Source: an uncultured Gammaproteobacteria bacterium (GTDB lineage Bacteria; Patescibacteriota; Microgenomatia; CAZETR01; Amesbacteraceae). Taken from it: a DNA stretch of 64,000 nt. The stretch spans positions 588,470 to 652,469 of the forward strand of contig CAZFGX010000001.1 in assembly GCA_964518565.1 (NCBI GenBank). The letters are read 5' to 3'. Both the position numbers and the translations under genes were made by a program. Within the stretch, counting starts at the first letter, position 1. Every line of letters begins with the position of its first letter. The notes beneath the pieces were generated by a model, which was not told the DNA's origin, did not search any database, and saw only the letters and a list, made by a program, of their open reading frames with translations. Below are positions 18,865 through 28,669 of the stretch, piece after piece.

Positions 18865-19106
18865 ACAACCTCCACAGGAAAAAATTCAGTCGATTTACAC
18901 TCAACACCTTTTAAGGTGATTCGAGACAGTTGAATCTGAATTTTGCCATCAGGCAATGTCAATGCATTGACTTGAATTCCACACTTGAGTTGAATCACTT
19001 CACTCATCGTCGTCCCATCAGAAGTTGTCGACGAAACAGTCGACGACCCACCAAAGTTGAAGTTGATAAACTTCAACAGGGTCAAAAACGAAATAAGCGT
19101 CTTCAT
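18861..19106 (-). CDS. small secreted protein (operon gene 2)
   Basis: 81 aa with signal peptide; ATGA overlaps on both sides. Confidence 0.4.
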   Translation of the reverse strand: MKTLISFLTLLKFINFNFGGSSTVSSTTSDGTTMSEVIQLKCGIQVNALTLPDGKIQIQLSRITLKGVECKSTEFFPVEVV

Positions 19107-19801
19107 GGTGAAAATTGTGAAATCGGATGGTCTTTTGCCAAAACATGAGCCGTACGCATAACAGCCCTCAGATCTTCTACTCCCAAACGACCAAGGGTCT
19201 CCAAGGTGAATCGTACAGCATTCTCAGATATCGACAATTTTTCATTCGCCAATGCCTTTTCATTCGCCAATGCCCTCTGAAAATACAATACATCCTCATT
19301 AGCTCTAGCCAAGTCTTCAAGCCACAACACTCTCTGAAAATACAATACCACCTCAGCCGAATGCTGAGCCAATTCAGTCAACAGATGTCCAAAGAGTTTT
19401 GATTGATTCATCAAATCAAAATTTGGCCCATCAACCCTCTCTCGACGATCGAGCGGTAATGATCGAAAATGTGTGTACCAGTTTCGGACGTCAGCAGTCG
19501 AAATACTCCAAATGACTTCCATCGCAGTGCGATGTTTCTCAGGCTCTGGCGCCACGACGGGCGCCACCTTTGCCTGTGCTGGGATATTGCGCTGCACCAT
19601 CCCAATAGTTTGCACTACCGGTTTTGGTGCGTCGTTTCCTGAAGACCACACGATCCAACCCCCAGCTGCTGCTAACGGAAATCCAAAAAGTACCAGTACC
19701 GTCGGCATCAATCCTTCTTCAGAACTACCATCGCCAAAAATAAAAGCCAAAACAAGCAACAACAATCCAAGGCCAGCTGCCACATAACCGAATCTTTTCA
19801 T
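19103..19801 (-). CDS. membrane protein with internal repeat (operon gene 1)
   Basis: start taken at MKRFGY, preceded by a GGAGG SD; 2 TM; repeated VLYFQRVLWLEDLARANEDVLYFQRALANEKALANEK. Confidence 0.45.
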   Translation of the reverse strand: MKRFGYVAAGLGLLLLVLAFIFGDGSSEEGLMPTVLVLFGFPLAAAGGWIVWSSGNDAPKPVVQTIGMVQRNIPAQAKVAPVVAPEPEKHRTAMEVIWSISTADVRNWYTHFRSLPLDRRERVDGPNFDLMNQSKLFGHLLTELAQHSAEVVLYFQRVLWLEDLARANEDVLYFQRALANEKALANEKLSISENAVRFTLETLGRLGVEDLRAVMRTAHVLAKDHPISQFSP

Positions 19802-19978
19802 ATCAACCTCCAATAAAAACACTATAGGATATTTTATCTTCTTCACCTAAGTTTTTAAGGTGCCATTTCTTCAATACCCAAAAAACTCGGCGCAAAACCG
19901 ACTCCTAGGTGATAGAAATGTAGGCGAATTTTACCTCTATGCTATGGGATATGCAAACTCATCTGCTAAAATGCTTCC

Positions 19979-20611
19979 ATGTTCCGCGAAAGCCGTCCTT
20001 CAAATCCAGAACAACCCAGCTCCAAAGCCTACAAAGATCTCTCGTCTACCTTCATCGGCAGCTTTCCCCTGTCTCCTCAGCAAATCTCTGGCCACTACCT
20101 AGTGTTTGACCTAGCCGCCCACTACTATCGCCATCATCAGCCAGAAATTATTGCAGCTGCTGCCAAAAATCCCCCAGCACCACACTTAGACATTCCCAAA
20201 TGGCACATTCCTCTGCCCAGTCCCCAAGGAACAGCTGAATCTATCTGGGGCACTTTCATGTCTAAGCTGGCCAACCCTACTCCAGACGCACCCGAACCAC
20301 CTCTCGAATCTCTATTTGCCTTTCTGGCTCGCACCGACCAAACTTTTTACGATGCGCACATCAAACGCCACGCTCCCCAACATCACATGAGCCATTTACG
20401 CCGATATTTTGTTCACGGCGAACTTCCTGCCCAAAACAAATTTTATGATTGGCTAAAAACCTACGGCAGCGAGTACTTATCCCAACACAAATCCAAACTT
20501 CTCTCATTGGCAGTGCATCCCGATACTGCAGCTCCTCGCTGGCAACAGGATATTAGTACCTATATCAAATTCTGGGACCAACACTTCATAGACGAATTCT
20601 TTACACGTTAG
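19979..20611 (+). CDS. hypothetical protein
   Basis: 210 aa, His/Pro-rich, GC-elevated. Confidence 0.35.
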   Translation: MFRESRPSNPEQPSSKAYKDLSSTFIGSFPLSPQQISGHYLVFDLAAHYYRHHQPEIIAAAAKNPPAPHLDIPKWHIPLPSPQGTAESIWGTFMSKLANPTPDAPEPPLESLFAFLARTDQTFYDAHIKRHAPQHHMSHLRRYFVHGELPAQNKFYDWLKTYGSEYLSQHKSKLLSLAVHPDTAAPRWQQDISTYIKFWDQHFIDEFFTR

Positions 20612-21201
20612 CGCTCAATTACTGGCTTAATCACTGCCCAAATCCGGTTTGCCACTGTCAACATTGGCGCATCCCCACCTACTCTTACCCAACCATACCG
20701 ATCCGCCATCTGCAAATACATTTTCCGCGCTCGATACCATTCTTCTTCATCTCCATATGGATGATCCAACGGATGTGATTCTTCTTTCATTGGCCCATCA
20801 ATAAATACTGCAATATCGGGATTCATCGAATCCTTGTTGATCTCTTCCATCTGCTCGATACCAAGACCTCGCAATACTCCCCACACCATCCCCGTACCCT
20901 TATAGTTTTCCGCCACTACCGTCACACCAGAATCTAGCCATGACCGCAAGGTAGACTCAAAATCTTTTCGATTTTGGGCAAACAATTTTTGCATCTCATC
21001 TTCTGGTAAATGCAATTTTTTCTTATGCAAAATTTCATCCAATTTTGCACCAGTAGGCTTCAGATCGTAGATTGGATATCTCAATGCACGCACCAATACT
21101 CCACGCTCTCTCAATCGCTCCTCCACCAGATTCATCAATTTACTTTTCCCTGTACCATCCGGACCATACAATGCAATAAACAAACCTTTTCGTGGTGCCA
21201 T
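20608..21201 (-). CDS. thymidylate/deoxynucleoside kinase-like P-loop kinase
   Basis: 197 aa; LYGPDGTGKS P-loop at N-terminus, dNK/Tmk-like size. Confidence 0.55.
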   Translation of the reverse strand: MAPRKGLFIALYGPDGTGKSKLMNLVEERLRERGVLVRALRYPIYDLKPTGAKLDEILHKKKLHLPEDEMQKLFAQNRKDFESTLRSWLDSGVTVVAENYKGTGMVWGVLRGLGIEQMEEINKDSMNPDIAVFIDGPMKEESHPLDHPYGDEEEWYRARKMYLQMADRYGWVRVGGDAPMLTVANRIWAVIKPVIER

Positions 21202-21230
21202 ATCACAGTTATAGCATATAATGCTTTGGC

Positions 21231-22238
21231 ATGGGTAAAAAAGCGTTGATTATCGGTGTCTCTTCTCAAGACGGCTCATATTTAGCGGATCTCCTCTTAG
21301 AAAAAAAATACGAAATAACCGGCACTATTCGTCGCACCACCAGTATTCAAAAAGAAAATATTAGTCATCTCCAAGGACAAATAGATATTCAGGCGTGTGA
21401 TCTCGTAGATGCTAGCAGTATCGAAGAAGTAGTCAAAAATACTAGTCCAGATGAAATTTACAACATAGCCGCCCAATCAGTCCCCGCAGATAGCTGGTCT
21501 CATCCTATTTACACCGGTGAGGTCACCGCTCTTGGCCCAGTCAGAGTTTTTGAAGCTGCCAAAAAATTTGCCCCAAATGCTCGAGTGTACCAAGCCAGCT
21601 CAAGAGAAATTTTTGGCAACATTCATGCCGAATCTGCCAATGAGGCTACACCTATTAGCGCCAACAACCCTTACGGTATTGCCAAAGCTTATGCGCATAT
21701 GATGATCGAAAGTTATCGCCAGTCATATGGCATGTTTGTGTGTGGCGGCATACTTTTCAATCATGAAAGTCCTCGCCGCAGCCTCCATTTTGTCACTCGA
21801 AAAATTACCGCCGCGGCTGCTTGTATAAAAAACCAGGTCAAACATCTCCCCATCAACGAAGTCGGCAAACCACTCATCGACCAAGACCAAAAACTCCACC
21901 TCGGACTATTAGACGCTCGTCGGGACTGGGGGTATGCCAAGGAATATGTTCAGGCCATGTGGCTGATGCTGCAAAATTCCCAACCCAAAGATTATGTCAT
22001 TGGCACTCATACGACTCATTCTGTCCAAGAAGTCTGTGAAATCGCCTTCGCTCATGTAGGCCTACCATGGCAAGATCATGTCGTCTCCGACAAACAACTC
22101 CTCCGCCCTACAGAAATAAAAGAGCTCACAGGCGATTACTCTGCCGCCAAAAAAGACCTCGGCTGGGAACCAAAAACCAGCTTCAAACAATTAATAGAAC
22201 TCATGGTCGACGCCGATCTAGAACGGTTCCACAACTAA
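21231..22238 (+). CDS. gmd: GDP-mannose 4,6-dehydratase
   Basis: 335 aa; GVSSQDGSYLADLLLEKKYEITGTIRR matches GMD N-terminus; SDR YxxxK region. Confidence 0.78.
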   Translation: MGKKALIIGVSSQDGSYLADLLLEKKYEITGTIRRTTSIQKENISHLQGQIDIQACDLVDASSIEEVVKNTSPDEIYNIAAQSVPADSWSHPIYTGEVTALGPVRVFEAAKKFAPNARVYQASSREIFGNIHAESANEATPISANNPYGIAKAYAHMMIESYRQSYGMFVCGGILFNHESPRRSLHFVTRKITAAAACIKNQVKHLPINEVGKPLIDQDQKLHLGLLDARRDWGYAKEYVQAMWLMLQNSQPKDYVIGTHTTHSVQEVCEIAFAHVGLPWQDHVVSDKQLLRPTEIKELTGDYSAAKKDLGWEPKTSFKQLIELMVDADLERFHN

Positions 22239-22375
22239 GCCAGTGTCAGCAGCCCCACCCCTACCAATGCCGCCACAGCTGGGTGTTCCTTCACAAATCC
22301 CACAAACTTCTCCCACCAGGCATTTAAAATATTCTTAGATTCAGATTTGGGCTGTTTTTCCATACTTCTATTATA

Positions 22376-23989
22376 TCAAGGCAGGCTTATTCGATTCTTT
22401 CGTATCTCAAACTGTTCCATAGTTTTCAACAAATGAATATAATTTCTGATTTTAGATGGTTCAGGATTAGCAAAATAGTCAGGCTCAACTGCAGGCACAT
22501 CAGCCATCACTTCACTAAAATAATGTTTACCAAATTCGCGTACTAGAGTAGACAGTTGCTTTATATCTGCCTCTGGGTGTTTCTGCAATTCCGATTGAGC
22601 TGTTGTTCCAATCATGTCCAAGATCAGCGGATTCCTTTTCAAAAAATCATCCATTCTTTTGCCAAATGGTTCACTGGTGTTCTCTCCAGCAATCAATCGT
22701 TCGCAAACCATGTGAGTAATTCTGTCAACAGAAGATAAAAATGCTCTACGTCGAATATTTACTCTACGAAAATATCGCTTTCGAATCACTGCCAACTCTT
22801 CTGTGTCCTGTTCCGAAAGACCAACAGAATTTTTTTTATACTGCTCCAACCAATTAGTTAAAATGGGCATATTTGAGTCATCCAACTTTTCCCTGATTTT
22901 ATCCAAAGAAACAGTATCAGAAAAATTTGGCACATTCATACGAAACTGTCCATCTGTAGAACCTATCCGACCTCGATCAGACAAAACCATCTCTGTTGAT
23001 TCCAAATACTCGATAGCCAGCGGAGAACGAACAAATTTATTCAAGAAAGCAAAATCTTCAGAGAATGTGTTATAAGGATATCCATTCACTGCTCGAAAAT
23101 TTTGCACCCTCACAGCCACTCGACTCCCTCCCGAAAAACGTGTTCCCGTATATTCAATGTTACCTCGACTAAAAACAAGCCCGTCATGAATATAAGACAT
23201 GAATGAAGACATACGTTTTTCTACTGACTCACCAGGAATCAAATCGGGATATTCAGCAGTAACCACTTGAATTGGTTTGATAAATACACCAGAAGAACCG
23301 TCGTACTGTTCCAACAAACCAGCAACATATTTTGATTTCAAAAATACATCTCCATCAATAAAATCTATTATGCCCTGTCCACGTTTTATCTTTCGAAAAC
23401 GTTCATATGCCACATGTCCACCAACATTTCTGGCATACCCAATAGGGTTAAATGTCGCCTCTTGCTCAGACTGGCTAAATGCCTTATCTTCACTTGAGCA
23501 ATCAATTGCCTGAATATTTACCTGTCTAGTACGTGCTAAAAAGAAAACCTCTTGTTCTTCCTTCGTAAGTTTTAAAGCTTGTAACTCAATGGCCAACTGT
23601 TCATCAGACAAATCAGAACCGTATAAACTCAGAATTTGTATATGGCGCTGATTTTCCTCAAATCTATTTCGCAACAATTCAGCACTTGATCCCTCATATC
23701 TTGTTTGCGTATCCCCTGTTCCTTCGCTGGACTTAGCAGCACGTAAAGAATTGTTTACAACAACCAAAAATTCATAACTCTTCGTATCCACACCGTGTTG
23801 TGTTGCTGCACTACGTAATAAACGCCAAAAATTTCCACTATGCAATTCAGCCAAAGAAGGGATGACCACTGACAACTTTAATTCAGGATGAGGAGGCCGC
23901 AAATTCTGAGCATATTTATCAAGTATTTCTTGATGCTCAATTTCAAAATTTGTTATTTTTTCTGATTCAATAGGACTACCTTTTTCCAT
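22376..23989 (-). CDS. large hypothetical protein, possibly GT-A glycosyltransferase-like
   Basis: 537 aa; KLSVVIPS...EFLVVVNNS resembles GT2 beta1/beta2; weak. Confidence 0.45.
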   Translation of the reverse strand: MEKGSPIESEKITNFEIEHQEILDKYAQNLRPPHPELKLSVVIPSLAELHSGNFWRLLRSAATQHGVDTKSYEFLVVVNNSLRAAKSSEGTGDTQTRYEGSSAELLRNRFEENQRHIQILSLYGSDLSDEQLAIELQALKLTKEEQEVFFLARTRQVNIQAIDCSSEDKAFSQSEQEATFNPIGYARNVGGHVAYERFRKIKRGQGIIDFIDGDVFLKSKYVAGLLEQYDGSSGVFIKPIQVVTAEYPDLIPGESVEKRMSSFMSYIHDGLVFSRGNIEYTGTRFSGGSRVAVRVQNFRAVNGYPYNTFSEDFAFLNKFVRSPLAIEYLESTEMVLSDRGRIGSTDGQFRMNVPNFSDTVSLDKIREKLDDSNMPILTNWLEQYKKNSVGLSEQDTEELAVIRKRYFRRVNIRRRAFLSSVDRITHMVCERLIAGENTSEPFGKRMDDFLKRNPLILDMIGTTAQSELQKHPEADIKQLSTLVREFGKHYFSEVMADVPAVEPDYFANPEPSKIRNYIHLLKTMEQFEIRKNRISLP

Positions 23990-23991
23990 AA

Positions 23992-24909
23992 TTATCCTAA
24001 AAATGCCAAGTATTCCTGGCGAATATGTTTTTTATCATTACACAAAAATGTCACCGCTTTTGGTAACACTTTGATATGTACGCCACCTGTATGTTTTACT
24101 GGATCGCCATCGATTTGCACAAATGGCTCACCCTCGATAAATAATTCTGTCGCCTGAAATTGCACCTTGCCCTTGTCCGAATAGAAGGGATGGACATATC
24201 CGCGAAATCTCAGATTGGTCAAATAGGCAAATTTTGACGAAAAAATCGTACAATCCATTTTTAAATCATTCAATTTTGCATTCGGTGCCACAATAAAGTT
24301 TTTGCCAATTGTCGGACTATTGGAAATCAAAAGACACGATGAATTTGCCCGCAATTTCACTTGTCTATCAATCGTGACATCTATCGGTCTATCCTTGTGC
24401 TCCACCAAACTCTTCACTGCCGCCACTGTATATGAATGCGGTCCAATGTACTGATAATGCGCCCGGTTATGTACCACTCGCGCTTCATAACCTAGACTGA
24501 CTGAAAATACACCGATTCGGTTACCAGCAATATTTGTCTGCAACAAATCAATCGTTACAGCATTGGCTCGCCGTTGCAATACATCAAAGGCCTTATCCAT
24601 TGTTTCTACCCCAAAACAATATGACAGAGCATTACCAAACCCAAACGGCAATACAGCTATAAGCGGTCGTTTTTTACATTCTACTACCGCCTGCGACACT
24701 GCATTAATAGTTCCGTCTCCCCCAGCTGCCACCACCACATCCACCCCGGCCTCAGCCACCAAGACTGCCAAATCTTTTACTTTTGTGATATCTTTCGCCT
24801 GTTCGTCTGGTATTTGATACCGTTTTTTTGCCGCCAACCAAAGCGCTTTTCCTCGGCCACCACCTGACAAAGGGTTATATAAATACAAAAATTTGGTTGG
24901 GTCCACCAT
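23992..24909 (-). CDS. diacylglycerol/lipid kinase catalytic-domain protein (YegS/DgkA-like)
   Basis: 305 aa; NPLSGGG and VVAAGGDGTINAV DAGK_cat motifs. Confidence 0.68.
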   Translation of the reverse strand: MVDPTKFLYLYNPLSGGGRGKALWLAAKKRYQIPDEQAKDITKVKDLAVLVAEAGVDVVVAAGGDGTINAVSQAVVECKKRPLIAVLPFGFGNALSYCFGVETMDKAFDVLQRRANAVTIDLLQTNIAGNRIGVFSVSLGYEARVVHNRAHYQYIGPHSYTVAAVKSLVEHKDRPIDVTIDRQVKLRANSSCLLISNSPTIGKNFIVAPNAKLNDLKMDCTIFSSKFAYLTNLRFRGYVHPFYSDKGKVQFQATELFIEGEPFVQIDGDPVKHTGGVHIKVLPKAVTFLCNDKKHIRQEYLAFLG

Positions 24910-24926
24910 ACTATTCTAATCGATAA

Positions 24927-26921
24927 TTAAGAGGTTGGCGTCGGCTTGTTCCAACTGGCAAAATCGCAGTCGGGATATCGGCTACAACCATAAAAACTCT
25001 TGCCCTTTTTCGTCTGTCGCATAATCACATCTCCTGTCGTGCACTTTGGGCATTTCACTCCGATTTTATTTTGATAATTCGCTTTATAATCACAATCCGG
25101 ATATCGGCTACAGGACAAAAATTTACCAAATTTCCCTATACGAACAATCACTTCACCTTGTTGGCATTGTGGACAGGTCTCCCCTGTTGTTTCTACTTCT
25201 ATTTTTACTCGAGCTGCATGCTCACCCACTTGCTCCAGTTCTTTTGCAAATGGCGCATAAAACTCCTTGAGAGTTGGTATCCATTTACGTTTTCCGTCTG
25301 CGATTTCATCTAACCTATCCTCCATATTAGAAGTAAATTCATAATTCACAATATCAGCAAAATTACCCACTAAAAAATCATTCACCGCAATACCCAAAGC
25401 TGTTGGTCGAAAACGCTTATCAATTTTTTCTACATATCGCCGATCCTGAATCGTCGTTAGTGTTGGAGCATATGTACTAGGCCGACCAATCCCCATCTCC
25501 TCCAATGCCTTAATCAAACTCGCATCATTGTACCGAGCCGGCGGCAGGGTAAATTTTTGCTCCTTAAACAGTTCAATAAAATTGAGTTTTTCTTTTGCAG
25601 TCAACTCTGGCAAAGCTTGCTCGTCTACTTTTTCTTCTTCCATTTCAGCTTCTTCATCTGGCTCTACTTGTTTTGTTTTAGTATGTACCTTCAAAAACCC
25701 ATCAAACAAAATCGTCTCCCCCTTAGCTTCCAATCCATACTCAATATCACCTAGAGTATGCACCAACACTCGAACTCCTTCGCCTCTTGCCTCTGGCATC
25801 TGGCTAGCCACAAATCGCTTCCAAACCAAATCATACATTCGTTGTTGATCCCGATTCAATGCCACGACCCCTGCGCTATGTGGTTGCTCAGACACATTGG
25901 TTGGTCGAATGGCCTCGTGAGCTTCTTGAGCGACTTTATTTTTGGTCTTAAAAATTCGCGGGCTGGGCAATATATATTCCTGACCAAAAGTATTCAATAA
26001 AAATTCCTTACACATCACCAACGCTTCTTCGGCAATATTTGTCGAATCAGTTCGGTGATAGGTAATAAAGCCCTCCTCATATAGACTCTGCGCCACTTGC
26101 ATAGTTCGCTTTGCGCTCCAACCCAATTTGTTTGCCGCAGTCTGTTGCAATGTCGAAGTGGTAAATGGCGCAGATGGAGATTTTTTTATTTCTCGTTTGA
26201 TTACATCTTTTACTTCATATGCTGCTTTTTCCAAATAAAGAGTGACCTCCGATGCTTCAGCTTCCGAACCTACGCTATATTTTTCCCCAGCTTTTTCTGC
26301 GAGCTGCACTACAAATTTTGTCTGCCGCTCAGGCTGCAATGTAACTTGGATCGTCCAATACTCTACTGGTACAAATTTTTCTATCTCGCGTTCTTTCTCT
26401 ACCACCAATCTCACTGCCACACTTTGTACCCGGCCAGCAGACAATCCCCGCCGTACTTTTTTCCACAACAATGGCGAAAGTTTATATCCCACCAAACGAT
26501 CCAATATTCTTCGTGCTTGTTGAGCATCCACCAACGGCATATCCACGGATCTTGGATGTGCTAGAGCCTCAGATATGGCAGATTTGGTAATTTCATGAAA
26601 CACAATCCGTTTAAAATCAGTCTTTTTCGGATTTAATAATTGACTCACATGCCAAGCAATCGCCTCCCCTTCTCGGTCAGGATCCGTCGCCAGGTAAACA
26701 GTGTCGGCTTCTTTTGTCAGTTCTTTTATTTCTTTTATTTTCTCTTTTTGTTTGTCGGTTTGGACATATGTCGGCTCAAAATCATGTTCGATATCTATAC
26801 CGATTTTTCGTTCCGGCAAATCTCGAATATGCCCATACGTAGCCGCCACCCGCCAGGTGTTTCCCAAAAATTTGCCCAATGTCCGAGCTTTTGTTGGTGA
26901 CTCGACCAAAATTACATCCAT
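24927..26921 (-). CDS. topA: DNA topoisomerase I
   Basis: 664 aa; TOPRIM N-terminus (LVESPTKARTL), catalytic Tyr region, two C-terminal Cys4 zinc ribbons. Confidence 0.9.
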   Translation of the reverse strand: MDVILVESPTKARTLGKFLGNTWRVAATYGHIRDLPERKIGIDIEHDFEPTYVQTDKQKEKIKEIKELTKEADTVYLATDPDREGEAIAWHVSQLLNPKKTDFKRIVFHEITKSAISEALAHPRSVDMPLVDAQQARRILDRLVGYKLSPLLWKKVRRGLSAGRVQSVAVRLVVEKEREIEKFVPVEYWTIQVTLQPERQTKFVVQLAEKAGEKYSVGSEAEASEVTLYLEKAAYEVKDVIKREIKKSPSAPFTTSTLQQTAANKLGWSAKRTMQVAQSLYEEGFITYHRTDSTNIAEEALVMCKEFLLNTFGQEYILPSPRIFKTKNKVAQEAHEAIRPTNVSEQPHSAGVVALNRDQQRMYDLVWKRFVASQMPEARGEGVRVLVHTLGDIEYGLEAKGETILFDGFLKVHTKTKQVEPDEEAEMEEEKVDEQALPELTAKEKLNFIELFKEQKFTLPPARYNDASLIKALEEMGIGRPSTYAPTLTTIQDRRYVEKIDKRFRPTALGIAVNDFLVGNFADIVNYEFTSNMEDRLDEIADGKRKWIPTLKEFYAPFAKELEQVGEHAARVKIEVETTGETCPQCQQGEVIVRIGKFGKFLSCSRYPDCDYKANYQNKIGVKCPKCTTGDVIMRQTKKGKSFYGCSRYPDCDFASWNKPTPTS

Positions 26922-26945
26922 GACAGATATTATAGACTAAATCCC

Positions 26946-28661
26946 TTATTCACCGGTTTCCTGAGGAATATTTGCGTAGGGATAGGTATCACTTACATCA
27001 AAAAACTTCGCCAATATTTGCCGCGCAATCGGCGCAGCTGCATTAGATCCTTCCCCTCCTCCTTCGACCAATACCGTGACAGAAATTCGTGGTGCATCGG
27101 CAGGTGCATAGATTGTCAGCCAAGCATGTGTGCGCATTTTTCCAGATTCACCCACATATTCGGCCGTTCCAGTTTTACAAGCCAACACCGGCAAGATATC
27201 TGATGAAGATGTATACAAAGCCGTCGATTTTCCTGCTCTAGCTGCCTCATTCCAATCAAATAAAGGAAACGCCGTGCCACCTGGACTACACGCGCCCAAC
27301 ATTCCCTCATGAACGATTTTCAAAGCAGAAGCAGAAATTTGTACCGTTTCGCATTCACCACTGTTGGCTTGAATTACCATATGAAGTGGACATTTCCGAC
27401 CATCCGCAGCCAACACATTGGTCATCCGATTGACTTGAATAGGCGTCAGTAATGTATCCGCTTGGCCAATTGCCATATGATATGTATCTCCCAAAAACCA
27501 ACCCGAACCACTTAAGCGTTTACGAGTCTCAGGTGTCCCCACAATTCCTTCTACTTCTCCGCCTATTTCCACTCCTGTTTTTTCACCCATGCCCAATCGT
27601 TTCGCCCAACTAGCAATTTCTTGCGACCCCGTCATCTCTCCTACTTTGTAAAAAAATGTGTCCGTAGATCGAGTCAAAGATCGCGAAAAATTCACCACCC
27701 CTTCCGTCCCTCCATGTTTAGTAAACAACCAGTTTGTATATCGAAATGTTCCCACTGTCACCACTCCAGTATCCGTATAAACAAAATCCGATTTTACCTT
27801 GCCAGAATCAATCGCCGCTATTGTGGTATTCATTTTAAAAGTCGACCCCGGCGGATAAATACCTCCAATCGCGCGATTAAACATGGGCAAATTACCATCC
27901 GTTAATGCCGCAGCAATATTTTTTGGATCAAATCCTGGTGCACTTACCAGCGCCAACACTTCCCCGGTTTGAGGATTACTGACAATGGCCGCACCTTTTC
28001 TGACTCGACTCTTCATGAGCCCTTCATAAGCTACTCGAGACAACTCGGCATCAAGCGTCGTATACAAACCATGTCCAGCAGTTGGCTGACGCAAACCCAA
28101 ACTTCGCACCACTGATCCAGCATTATCGACCTCGATCAGTTTTCCCCCATCGACTCCCCGCAAACTCGACTCAAACGCCTGCTCAAGTCCCATCCGCCCA
28201 ATCATATCCTTCGCCTCATATTTCTTCCCAGCATTTTTCAACAAACCCACCTCATCCTCCATCACTTCACTCAAATATCCCAACACATGACTAGTAGCTT
28301 CACCATATGGATATATCCGTTTCCAGGCTTCACGTTCCCGACCCATTTCATCCGTATATGTATATTTTTCACCTCGAGCCAACTCTTTATCATTTCTGTC
28401 ATAAATTATTCCTCGTTGTGCTGGGACTTTTAATGTTTTAATTCGATTTTCATCTGCCAACACTGTGTACATATCACCTTTAAATACCTGCAACACAGCC
28501 AGCCGAACAAACAACAGCCCAAACCCCAACAACATTACCAACCAAATCAACCACCCTCGCCGATAATCGCGCGTATCCTGTTCTTTCAATCGACTCTTTG
28601 TTCCCGAAAAATCCGACACCACAAAATCCGAAAAACTTACTCCCGGACGAAATCGCTTCAT
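26946..28661 (-). CDS. penicillin-binding protein 2 (transpeptidase)
   Basis: 571 aa; N-terminal TM, GSTFK active-site motif, KTG triad. Confidence 0.82.
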   Translation of the reverse strand: MKRFRPGVSFSDFVVSDFSGTKSRLKEQDTRDYRRGWLIWLVMLLGFGLLFVRLAVLQVFKGDMYTVLADENRIKTLKVPAQRGIIYDRNDKELARGEKYTYTDEMGREREAWKRIYPYGEATSHVLGYLSEVMEDEVGLLKNAGKKYEAKDMIGRMGLEQAFESSLRGVDGGKLIEVDNAGSVVRSLGLRQPTAGHGLYTTLDAELSRVAYEGLMKSRVRKGAAIVSNPQTGEVLALVSAPGFDPKNIAAALTDGNLPMFNRAIGGIYPPGSTFKMNTTIAAIDSGKVKSDFVYTDTGVVTVGTFRYTNWLFTKHGGTEGVVNFSRSLTRSTDTFFYKVGEMTGSQEIASWAKRLGMGEKTGVEIGGEVEGIVGTPETRKRLSGSGWFLGDTYHMAIGQADTLLTPIQVNRMTNVLAADGRKCPLHMVIQANSGECETVQISASALKIVHEGMLGACSPGGTAFPLFDWNEAARAGKSTALYTSSSDILPVLACKTGTAEYVGESGKMRTHAWLTIYAPADAPRISVTVLVEGGGEGSNAAAPIARQILAKFFDVSDTYPYANIPQETGE

Positions 28662-28669
28662 AGTATGTA

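Noticed and set aside
25046-26940. Cluster of plus-strand ORFs inside topA (Phe/Cys/Ser-rich)
   Set aside because: They are antisense to a confidently identified topA and show a typical AT-rich antisense composition.
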